Source: Lytechinus pictus (taxonomy: Eukaryota). Taken from it: a stretch of DNA of 64,000 nucleotides. The notes under the pieces are model-generated. The model was not told where the DNA came from. It was given only the letters and a program-made list of their open reading frames with translations, and made no database searches. The position numbers and the translations under genes were made by a program. The DNA lies in contig NC_087262.1 of the NCBI RefSeq assembly GCF_037042905.1, positions 23,312,001 through 23,376,000 on the forward strand, written 5' to 3'. Within the stretch, counting starts at the first letter, position 1; each line of letters starts with the position of its first letter. Below are positions 53,301-64,000 of the stretch, piece by piece.

Positions 53301-54881
53301 GTCGCCTTTTTTGAAGAAATCCCTAAACATGGGGTATGGATTTATGCTGGAAAATCCCTAAACATGGCCCAATTTTTAGATACTGGCCTTAAACATAGGT
53401 CCATATTCTACTCCAATGTCTTAGGTGCAAATGCAAAATTACCTTACATTTTGGGCGATAACCTTTTTCTTTTTTTTTTTTTGCTTGTCAAGTTTTCCAG
53501 GCGAAAATGTGCCCCCCCTTTTGGAAATCCTGGATCCGCCCCTGTAATGAATCCCCAATAATGGGCCCCTTTTTAGCCAAAATGACCTGTAAATATGGGT
53601 ACGGGTTTCAAACCTTCAGCCGCACACCTTTGTCCAAACCAAATCTAAGTACCTCCCCCCCCCCCGGCATAGTAGACCTACATATTGAATCTAAAAAATA
53701 GATGTATTTAGGCTTACATGTATATCTTTTTATATTTACATGTGATGGATATTAAACATGTGACTCATACGGCACATCATTACATATCAACGACACAAAT
53801 AGACTGCCCTTGCAAAGAACCTCTTGTGCAATCTGCCCGTAAGAAATTTTAAAAAGAGCCCCGGGCGGGCAACTCCCTATTCAATGTTAAAACTTCCCCA
53901 AGAATGAGGCAGATGTGGCCAATAGACTCTAAAAAGTAGCCCAATACATGTAGACCCCCTATACTTTTTTTTTTCTTGTCTGGCGAGATATGTGGAGTCT
54001 TGAGAACCCCCCCCCCCAAAAAAAAAAAAAAAAAATAAATAAAAATTAAAATGAAATTTTTTTAATCCTCCAAAGACAAAAGTCGAAACAGAAAAATTTT
54101 CACTTTATCCCAGGCCAGGCCAAGGAAAGTCCTAAAAAGGGAGGTTAACGTTAGACAGACTCTTAAGAGACAAATGGAGAGGATTTTTTTTTCTTGTTGA
54201 AAAAAAAATAGAAGGTAAACTAATGAAATTTTTAAAGTCTTTAATTTCTATTTACTGGATGGCTATTCGCCGTTGAAACCGATATAACTTAAAAATCATT
54301 TCCAATATGAACAAAAATTATCTTTAAAGGTCATTTTCGATGTTTCATACATAATTAGAACCTACAGTACATTTACTTGCTTCAGGGTGATTTTTAACAG
54401 CACTGCACCGGCAATGACCTGCCGTGTTGTTGATACAACCGTGCATTACCGACACAAAAAGTCAAGTGTGGGACTGGGATTAAAAGTGTGCAGTAGAAAA
54501 TTTGTTGAAGGTGAAATTTCGACCGGCGATGAAGATACATTTTCCCTCTTTTCAAAATAATTTTTTCCCTGGCATAGGTCTAAAATATATAAATTCTCTG
54601 AAAACATACATAATGGAGAAAGAATTTTCTGAAAAATGAATATTTTCTACTTACTCTCTTCCAGGTTCAAGATTGTTGCAAGCCAATATTTTGCTTTTTC
54701 GGCTAGTCTTGTGCTGCAGACCCTGTTTACAGCTGCAAATCAGCTGCAACTTGCGTTCAATCGCAAGCCGTTTTCTTGCAACGCAAATTGGCGATTGATT
54801 GCTAGTTGCAGTCAATCGGGATCGGCTGCAAAGTTGCAGTCGATTTGCAATCAATTGCAACGTAACTTTCTTGCAACACCC
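50321..54881. mobile_element. PIF/Harbinger-like non-autonomous element, 4.56 kb
   Basis: TIR GGGTGTTGCAAGAAA / TTTCTTGCAACACCC; subterminal TTGAACGCAA/TTGCGTTCAA arrays; termini resemble the 3514/3687 MITEs; no transposase ORF. Confidence 0.75.
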
Positions 54882-54884
54882 CAT

Positions 54885-55071
54885 AAGAAACATATGTCAC
54901 TACATAAAACAATAATAATTCGAAGTCCAAATATATTTGGTGTATATTGACTTGAAAACGGGAGGTTTTAGTACAATGTACTAAAACCTCCCGTTTTCAA
55001 GTCAATATACACCAAATATATTTCCTCTCACTTCGAATTATTATTGTTTTATGTAGTGGCATAGGTTTCTT
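54885..55071. repeat. ~187-bp fold-back inverted duplication
   Basis: 47-bp perfect inner arms (54929-54975 and 54977-55023), 1-nt loop, near-perfect outer arms. Confidence 0.92.
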
Positions 55072-56944
55072 TTTCACGACTACTTAAAGTGATTGCCCCA
55101 TTTTAAGGTCTTGATATAGAACATTTCCTGCCCGAGCTTACATTCACATTAGTGGATTGATGAGATGTGTCTGCTCTACATGAATTCCTAAAATCAGTCC
55201 TTAAAATTTCCCTTTTTCTGATCTGAATATCAAAAGTTTTCAGCTTGCGCTTCGCGCTCGCACAATTTGGTTAGTAAACGAAAATACGTATGATCTTCGT
55301 GAATACCTACAAACAAGCCTTAAAATGCCCCTCTTCAGGTCTGAATTTCCTAAATTTTCAGCTCGCGCTTCGCACTCGCAATATTTGATAAGTAAGATGC
55401 GTATGTTAATCATGATTACAAGACAAGTGCATCATGTGTTTAGATGTTTATAATTCTAACAAAATCAGCATGCGATTAGCACTCGCATTAGATGACTTCT
55501 ATGGTGAGATATTATGTGTACTCTTACTGGATTCCTTTAAAAAAAATACTCCTTAAAATATCCCTGTTTGGGGTCACTGTATACAAAAATTTCAGCTCGC
55601 GCTTCGCGCTTGCATTGTTTAGCGAGACACGTACGTATCATGATTACATGATTGCTGATAATGTCCCTTTTTAGGTCAGAACGTAAAAAAAATTCAGCTC
55701 GCGCTTCGCACTCGCATTATGTGATCGGTAAGATATATATCCGTTTAATGGCACTGTCCTTAAAATGTCTCTATTAGGTCAGTATACCTGGCAACTGAGC
55801 ACGCTTCGCGCGCTCACTAAGTGACTCAAAATGTTTGCTTGTGCCCCCCAATGCCGTGACCCATGGTACGCCACCGAGTTTCATAACTTTCTACAGGAAA
55901 TTTGCAAAATGTGTTTAGTAAACAAAGGAGAACACACGAAATTGTCAAGTAATCTATTAATTTATAAGTATACATCATATCTAGAATTTTTTTAACATGC
56001 ATTTTATATGATGACGTTGCTGGCCGTCCATAGTTGCGATTGATCGGATCAATCGCAACTCTTTGTAAGAGGGACCCCTGGTATTTTTTGTATTGTATTA
56101 AGTGGAATTACATACGATTATCGTATCACTAATATTTTTATTTCTTTTAAGAGCTATTTTTATTTTCATCAATTTTACTTTTCGTAGAAGAGGCGACTGA
56201 CGCACACAAATGCACAGGCTCATCCACGCGTCTCTCCATATGCAGTAGATTAAATAAATATTATCCAAAATAATTGCATAAATAAAGTTGGTTATCTTTG
56301 ACAAGGCCGTATGACTTAAATTGCTATATTCCTCGTCAAGTAGTGACTGAGACGAGATTAACGACCGACTAAGAGAACTGCCTTTAAAGCAGCGCTGATC
56401 CATTTATGCATCAAACTTTTATTACCACAAAATAAGACAAATTAATCATAGGCGTAAATATTCATATCTGAATAGTATGCGCCTTAAAACCCAAGATAAC
56501 AACAACAAGAATAGAATTGACGCGGCCCGAGTGTGGTCTCGCAATCCACGGATTCACATGGCCTTTCGCGAATAGTCTCCCCCGTCGGTAGGCATTTGAT
56601 ATAAATATCAGAACAGACGCAGGGCCATTAAAGGCTATGGTAATCGTAGATTGAAAGTTAGCTTGTGTTGTCATAAACAATCATTACCCTATGAAATGCG
56701 TTGCATTATATTTCATTTAATGAAATTTGTTGGTTTGCAGGATCCAACTACTGTTATTATAACAAAACTGCTAAACAGACTTTTATTTGCATATTATTCT
56801 CTAGATTCCTTTACCAAAAACAAAATCTTATATGACACATATTAAAACCATGACTTTTGGCACATGAACTCATGGAATAAAAAAGTAAAGCAATGACAAA
56901 ATAATAAAAAGTGTATGTTAACCAAATTACTTTTATTAATAAAT

Positions 56945-57095
56945 GATAATGCAACATTTATATAGCGCTCTAAGCGCTGAAGCGCTGCGTTATATTACCC
57001 CGGCTTTGGCACGGCTACCCTGATCGGACGCTCGAGCATTCCGGGTACCCATTTACTGCATCGGAGACTTTATCCTCTGAGCCACAACGCCTCTA
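56945..57095 (-). mobile_element. Degenerate SINE remnant
   Basis: ATTTATATAGCGC tail, GGGTACCCATTTAC core, TGAGCCACAACGCCTC head (A-box complement). A similar tail fragment lies at ~48385-48460. Confidence 0.5.
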
Positions 57096-58539
57096 CCTTT
57101 TGTAATCATATACTATTACTGAATTCAGTTGTCAATAGTATGTTTGAAATAAAGTTGTTTATCTGGTTTTCACAAACATTCGAACATGCATATGAATATT
57201 AGGTAATTATTTTGTTCCGCATGGGAATATTAAGTAATTATTGTTAGCATGCAAACTACATGTATACTAAATTCAGTTATGTGTTCGAATGTATATAATT
57301 TATTAATCCAACAATTTGATCAAAAACCTTTCTTCCCATAAATGAATCTTGTTATTATTATAACCCATGGTCAGGTGGTATATCTGGGATTTTGATCTCA
57401 AGACGGTTAGTAATCAAAATATATATTTTTTAATGATGTTCATTGTTTTTCTCTCAAATAAAATTCATGCAATACAATTCATCAGGAAGGAAACCAATCA
57501 TACAAATTATGGATTATTGATCGATATTAATAATTTGTTATTAATCAAAGTTAAACCATTAACCGTTAAGCCTCAAACATGCAACCAACACCCGAATGAC
57601 CAAACCTGCTACGTTATTACCAATGACATAGTACTCGGTCATTTGAGTCGGTTAAGTTGGTGTGACTTCAAAAGCAAATGAGAAACAAGAATGTTCAGTT
57701 ATTTAACATGTCATGATGAAGAGGGCAGCTTCCATAATTTCTAAACTTCCATTTTTTACTGTGCATAGTACCACTCTGTATACATGTCTGATTTTTTAAT
57801 GTTATTACGGTACCTAAAATGACAAAATGATAGAAGAAACAACTTGTGTTACTTTACCCAAATTGCTTACTCCATTGACCAATTCGCTCGACTTACTCTT
57901 TCCAATGAAAAATAAAATATTTACAACACAATTATAATTGCAAATATTGTTATCATTATTATCATCATTATCATTATTATTATTATCGAATAAGTATCTG
58001 GTATTGCAAAATCGGAAAAAAAACTGGCATATTGGACCAGATTTTAATGTTATTTACCGATTTTGCAGTGTTTTTCGACATGAACTCCTCGGAGTAAAAT
58101 CGTATGAATAACAGAACACTTCAACGAAACAATATATCATAGAACAGAAAAAGATAATGGTGCTAGAGGACGAGCTGTGATTGGATGTCATGATAAAGCA
58201 ATAATGATTTCTATGCTAAAATCACACTTTCATCGCATTTGTACACGAATAATTTTTTTTTCTTTTGTTGTTGATTTTTTTTTGGAGGGGGATTTTTGGT
58301 CTGATATACACTTGCAGAATGCTGCGTTATTTCGGAACCGAGTACCTGGGGGTCGCAAATTTGGTCTCGAAATTTGCACAAGGGTCCTTGTTTGGAATGA
58401 ACTCTTTCTTAAAATCTTTCTCTGGAATTAGCTCTAAAGATCCCATGACTGGAACAGTCTTTCCCTTAAAACGAATCTCTGAGCTTAGCTGGAATGTTCT
58501 TTGGTTAGAATGGCTTCTTCCTCGAAAATGCTCCCTGGA

Positions 58540-59765
58540 ATCGGCTCCGAAGGTACATCGACTGGGCCATCGACAACATTATTTTAAGGCCTCCTGTGCT
58601 TTAGCTTCAGTGAGAGTTCAGAACGGAAGGTGCGAGCTCCTCTGGCCTCTCCAGTAATCATATCATAATCATCCATATTTGCTGGTTGCGATTTATCTTC
58701 GACATGCTCTGGACCCAACTCCGAAGGTACCTTGAGTGGGTCGTCGAAAGTATCCTTTGGAGGCCTCTTATTTTTCAGCTTTAGGGAGAGTTCGGAACGG
58801 AATCGACCTTCTCCGACCTCCCCAGTAGTCATATCATAATCATCCATATTTGCTGTTTTCGATTTATCTTCGACGTGCTTTAGACTAAACTGCGAAGGTA
58901 CATCGACTGGACCGTCGAAAACATCCTGAACAACATTCGGAGACCTTCTGAACTCTAGCTTCGGAGTGACTTCGGGGCGATAGGTGAGAGCTTCGCCGAC
59001 CGCCCCAATCCCAATCATCAAACGATAATCATCTTTATTGACTGGTTCTGATTTATCTTCGACGTGCTCTGGACCAAACTCCGAAGGTACATCGAGTGGG
59101 CCGTCGACAACATTCTTTTGAGGCCTCCTATACTTTAGCTTCGTAGAGAGTTCAGAACGGAAGTTCTGAGTTCCTCCGACCTTCCCAGTCATATTATAAT
59201 AATTATTTGCTGGTTCCGATTTACCTTCGACGTGGTTTAGACACAACTCCGAAGGTGCATCTGGACCATCGACAACATTCATTGAAGAGCTCTTATGCAT
59301 TAGATTCAGAGAGAGTTCAGAACGGAACCTGCGAGCTTCTTCGACTTCCGATGTCATCATATCACGATCATCTATATATACGGGTTCCGTTTTATTTTCA
59401 GCATTCTCCAGACCCGACTCCGTAAATGCCTCCACTGACATGAATGGGTAGTCGACAACATCTTCAACGAACCCTGTAGGCCGCATGAACTCCAGCTTCC
59501 GGGTGGCTTCGGGATCGTAGTTGAAAGTTTCTCCGACCTCCCCAATCATAATACGATAATCATCCACTTGGACTGGTTCCGATTTGTCTTTGACATGCTC
59601 TAAACCCGACTCCGGAGATACCTTGGCTTGGTCGTCGAAATCATCCTTAACAAACTTTGGAAGCCTCATGATCTTCGGGACTTCGGGATAGTAACTGAGA
59701 GCATCTTCGAACTCCTTGATCATCATACGACAGTTATTCACATCGACATCAATAACTGGGTAATC
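58540..59765 (-). repeat. Coding tandem repeat, 7 units of ~170-190 bp (56-64 aa)
   Basis: Recurring PxxxDDYxMxxGEVGE...(FRSELSLKLK or YxPExTxKLEF)...VVDGPxDVPSExGxEHVEDKSE. Confidence 0.9.
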
Positions 59766-62700
59766 AAGTTGAATGAGATTGTTGACTTCACTTATCATAC
59801 CAGAAATCTCGTTAAAGATGTCATCCATATTAAAGTATTGTATCTTGAATTTGCCAACAGTCTCCCATATCGCTTCAAGCATATCTTCGATGACTTCAAG
59901 GTTTTTTCTGACGTTGAACCTGAGTGAAAAGAATTGAGAAGAATATGATAATCGAATAGAAAATTCTTAGTGTATGTCTCATTTAAATTTGGTGTACGAT
60001 CATCGTACCGCAGCGTAGCCATGGTAAGATATGTACGATTTCCAGAAGCCCCTTTATGGTTTTGTATCTGGACCTCTGTGATGATTATAACACCCCAAGG
60101 GAAAAAAAAGAAACGAAAAAGAAAAAGAAAAAAATAAATGAAAATAATGATAAATAAATACAAATCGTACGATTGCTGTAAATAATGTAAATACAAAAAT
60201 GAAATATATAGCACGTAGCCAGTTACGATGTCACCCCCCGGCAAATCGTAAACTGATCAGGGGGCCGTTTCATAAAGCTGTTCGTAAGTTAAGAGTGACT
60301 TTAAGAACGACTCGTGATCTTTTCTTGTGGTAAATGGTATATTACAAAACGTTCATTGGCGATGGTTTGGCGCGTAAAAAAGGATCACCAGTCGTTCTTA
60401 AAGTCGCCCATAACTTACGAACAGCTTTATGAAACTCACACCTGATTCACTGTACGATGATCGTAGCAAATGTTAACTTAACTATGACTATACCATCAGA
60501 GTAAACATGGCAAAGCCTTCAAATGAACACATAAAAAAACTTGTTCATGGATACCAGATGGGTGGCATTTAATGTTATTTTCTGACTTCGTCATAATTAC
60601 AAAAATTAGTCAGGGCTCCGTTTTTATATTATTGAAATTTTGGTATATGACCATGATGACTGGCTAAAATTATTATTTATTTTAATTAAATTATGCATTT
60701 TTTTTTCAATCTGCACGCAGTTCGTAAATACAATATGTTTCTGGATGTATAAGGATCAACATATCAAATGAACCAACCTTTTAAAATCAGATGACTATTT
60801 CATTTACTATTCTCTTTGCAAATAAGTTCCATTGTTCAAGAAGAGAATATGTTACGCATTGATAGATGAATAAAAACTTGAAATAGTGAGCCAATAGAGT
60901 CAGGAAGATTTACTTTATCATGAATATCAAAGTAAGATTGATAAATTTACATGTAAGTCAGTCAGTCTCGAGTCTATATGTGGAATTCCTAAACATCTTC
61001 CAACATTATTTACATTTTGAAATTGTAATCACAATCCCTGAAAGGTTCTCTGAACCTCCGCTCAGTTAGTTGACCGGTCCAGAACACATAGTAGGTGAGT
61101 GGTGACGATGAACATTGTGCATGGTCGGGCCGAATTTTAACCGGTTCAAAATCCGGCAGGCCATCAGAAAGACCCTTCCCCCATCCCTCCCTGTCGTACC
61201 ATGATTGTTTGGTCGCACCATGGACCTACTTCTTGGCTGGAAAGATGTGTATAAGACCATGTAGTAGGTCCATGATAAAACTTACTTGACCGTGATGAAA
61301 TCTTCGCGGAGTTGACGGAGATCTTCAATTCCGATCGAATCTTCCCTGTCTTCTGGTATCTCTGTCTGCGATGCGTTATATCGCTCTAATAACTTCTTTA
61401 TCACTTTCTGCGATATGAAAAAAGCACGATAGACATAACATTTAACTTCCGGGCGATCCTTTTTTATGATAATACTTTTAAATCGCCTATTTTTTTAAAT
61501 CGATAATTGCATTATTAATTACCTGCAGTGTAAACATGGTATAGTATTTGACTTTGATGTAGGTGATTGCAAAATGCGATCAAAATTTTTTTACAGCATG
61601 GCTTCTTGATATGTCACAGTTTTTTTTTTAATTCGACTAATGCAAAAACATTGTATGGATTGTATTTAATAAAGCAAATCGCATACCGGATCCGGATTTG
61701 ATCCGGAAACTATGCCAGATAACAACTTGGAACAAACGGACATGAACGGATGATCTGCCATCTTGGGAGTGTTTCATCAACATTTGCGTCCGAAAAGTTG
61801 TCATAAGTATCCGACAACTTTCCTGGATTTTGATTGGCTGAGGAGCACTGATACTATCAAAGGTGGCACTATGATTTTTAGGGAGGCAAAATAACATATA
61901 TATGTACATACATTTTTTTTTGGGGGGGGGAGGGGGGAAGCCGGACAAAATATGATTTGCCTGTTTTACAAAATTGAGGTTCAATCCCTCCTGTTCCCAC
62001 TATTTTAGTGACTTATATTGTGCAGAAATCGAGCATGCAGCATTGGTGCATGCCAAAGGTTCCTTCGATTACTCCGACTGCATCAGGAAGCTCCTTTAAA
62101 CACTGGTACAACTGACATGACTGATGGTGGCCTCTGATTTTTGCAGCAATTTAGATATACTTTATTATGCTCTATCGCAAATCGTTGTCTAAAAATGGGG
62201 GAAAAACTAATAGAAAATAAACCCTCAACACATACCTTTGCGCTGAGATCCTTTTTAGGTTTCTTGTCGTGCTCCTAAAAACATGATGGATAAAATGGTA
62301 GGGAGAGGTTAGCACTTTTTTATGATAAGAATCAATAGCTTTCATATTAAGAAAATTTGGAAGAGTTAATGCGTTGCATCATAATATTTACAACATATAA
62401 GGATCAAGGGATGTATTACTATACAATCACATGTCAAATCCTAAGTATATAAAACGTGCCCCATTTATGTATGCTACTAGTAAAGGGGGGGGGGTCTTTA
62501 AATTTCCCAGTGTGTAGGCCTTGTCTAAGCAAGTCCAATGGCCTAATCATAAAGAACATTGAATGGACTTTCATTTGCATAAAAAAGGAAAACAGGTTCT
62601 TTGTGCGCGCCTTTTCAAGAGCTGCTTTTTTCGCGTACATATTTTTTTGGGGTCCCGAAATTTTCGTGGGTTGATGAATTCGCGATTGGAAGATATACCA

Positions 62701-63358
62701 AACACTTCCACAGCATTTCAGAGCAGCAAAATAGTGCAAAAATATGCTCCTTAAAACCCCTATGCTGACGTGTATTTTGTACGTAGATTGTCCATGTAAA
62801 TGAACAGTTATAAAAGTGCGAAAATAGTGGCTTAAATTTCATATTTTTGTACCGTTAAATCTTAAAAATCTATCATGTCACAGTTTGATATGTAAGGGTG
62901 ATCTTACATTTATATGATTATAGTTAAGTTGTGTTTTCATTCATTTTCGAATAGTTGGTTTAAGTGAAAATGTAGAATTTTGTGAAATTTGCGGCCGTTT
63001 TGCAAATCGCGAAATTCGCTAAAATAAAATTACAAAAATTCCAAAATTTCGTATTTACACTATGCGAGAGATTTGTCCCCATCGATCCCCCTCTCTCCCT
63101 CTTAACCCCCCACTCTCTCTCATTTATGCCCCCTTTTGTCTACTGTTTATCCCTCTCTTTTAAGGACAAATTTACCTTGGACTGTCTTTGCTTCGTCTGT
63201 GTACATCCTGTACAAAACAAACAACACTTCTTGAAGAGTCGGATAATGAACCCGGTTGTCGGTACGAGGTTGAATGGAGGTGGTAGAACGATATCGGTTC
63301 GGATAAACCTAAGCCACATCTTTGTTCGCCCGAACTTCCACTCGGTATCCGAATTTTC
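58584..63358 (-). CDS. TRPC-like (short transient receptor potential) channel, 3' four exons; 5' part lies beyond the window
   Basis: Exons 63358-63176 (ENSDTEWKFGRTKMW...LPPPFNLVP: TRP box 1 and 2), 62274-62236 (EHDKKPKKDLSAK), 61407-61286 (KVIKKLLERY...EDLRQLREDFITVK: rib and coiled-coil helices) and 59919-58584 (FNVRKNLEVIEDML... plus repeats). GT-AG introns with matching phases 0, 0, 2. Confidence 0.85.
60260..60442. mobile_element. Harbinger-type MITE in TRPC intron
   Basis: Long inverted repeat GTTTCATAAAGCTGTTCGTAAGTTA...ACTTTAAGAACGAC / GTCGTTCTTAAAGTC...TAACTTACGAACAGCTTTATGAAAC. Confidence 0.75.
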
Positions 63359-63524
63359 CTTATTGAGAATAATGGCACGACGAGAGATATTATACATCAT
63401 TCATTCTGTCATGATGCTGATAGAGGCTTCTATAACGGCTTATCTGATAGAACGGTTCTTGGTGGAAATGGTGGAAATATGAGCTGCTGCAAATATCACA
63501 GTGCCACAGAGGATGTTCATAGTA

Positions 63525-63745
63525 TGGGTTCCATGACATTTGCTCCGGCGACAATTGCTCCGATGGAAAATCTACACGACTGTTAAACCAAATGTGACAC
63601 CTAACCTCAAAAGCTATATAAACCCTAATCCTAATCTTTACATTATTCTGCAACGAGAACTCTACAGCAATCCTAACTCTAAGTCGATGCCCTCTGAGAT
63701 ATCAAGACCGGGGCAAATGTCACAGAGGCAAATGTCGTGTCACCG
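63525..63745. mobile_element. Small non-autonomous element with GACATTTGC inverted repeats and AACCCT-like core
   Basis: GACATTTGCTCC at the left, GGCAAATGTC twice at the right, CCTAAC/CCTAAT repeats inside; superfamily uncertain. Confidence 0.45.
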
Positions 63746-64000
63746 TAGTGTTAACATGTATTTCTATCCGGACTATTTGAACATGTGATTCACAATATTA
63801 GAATGCTACAACTCATCAATATAATGTTAATTTCGCACGGCGGATACCGCCAGTTTGTTCAGATTATGGTGGACTATGTGAATAATACGAGATACAATAA
63901 TGTTAGCATTAGAAAAGTGTGAAGATGACGTCATATCATGTTCCACACTTCATACACACGGTGGGGCATTGTGTTCGTTTCAGTAGAGAAATAGGTCTGT

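Larger units (their letters stand above)
50059..55876. mobile_element. hAT-type non-autonomous element split by a 4.6-kb nested insertion
   Basis: CAGTGGCGTAAC...GGGGGCAC at the left and GTGCCCCCC...GTACGCCACCG at the right; decayed TSD (AAATCCAT vs AGTTTCAT). The right part has recurring TTTCAGCTCGCGCTTCGCRCTCGCA units (55240-55820). Confidence 0.7.

Noticed and set aside
58584-59882. 432-aa ORF as a stand-alone orphan gene
   Set aside because: It has an in-phase acceptor at 59920 and continues the TRPC coiled coil.
60009-60075. Exon-like segment (cacag|...CG|gtacga) in the last TRPC intron
   Set aside because: The upstream exon ends in phase 2, and that frame hits TAA here. Direct splicing of 61286 to 59919 gives the better TRPC match.
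62982-63482. 166-aa plus-strand ORF
   Set aside because: Antisense to the TRP-box exon, GTG start, no motif.

Overview
AT-rich, intron-containing animal genomic DNA; the repeat types and gene content resemble a sea urchin or other echinoderm (inference, no search run). There are no prokaryotic features. Gene models I built by checking splice sites and phases by hand: (1) a 4-exon, 553-aa DegT/DnrJ/EryC1/StrS-fold PLP-aminotransferase homolog (+, 5189-8344) with an N-terminal membrane anchor and Tyr where the Schiff-base Lys is expected; (2) an intronless class A GPCR (-, 28460-29638) and an internally deleted paralog relic (-, ~14973-15210); (3) a complete 9-exon, 516-aa clan-2 cytochrome P450 (-, 34256-47212); (4) the last four exons of a TRPC-like channel (-, 58584-63358) whose terminal exon encodes seven 56-64-aa tandem repeats in an A-A-B-B-A-B-B pattern; (5) a two-exon SLC16/MFS-like pseudogene remnant at the window start. 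The rest is dense, often nested mobile DNA: a LINE split by an EnSpm-type MITE and a Kolobok-type element, hAT-, Harbinger-, Tc1- and EnSpm-type non-autonomous elements (several with readable target-site duplications), tRNA-derived SINEs, a relic pairing zinc-finger and RecQ-helicase 5' ends, and two long fold-back palindromes. The best candidates for new biology are the membrane-anchored DegT-like pseudo-enzyme and the TRPC repeat tail.
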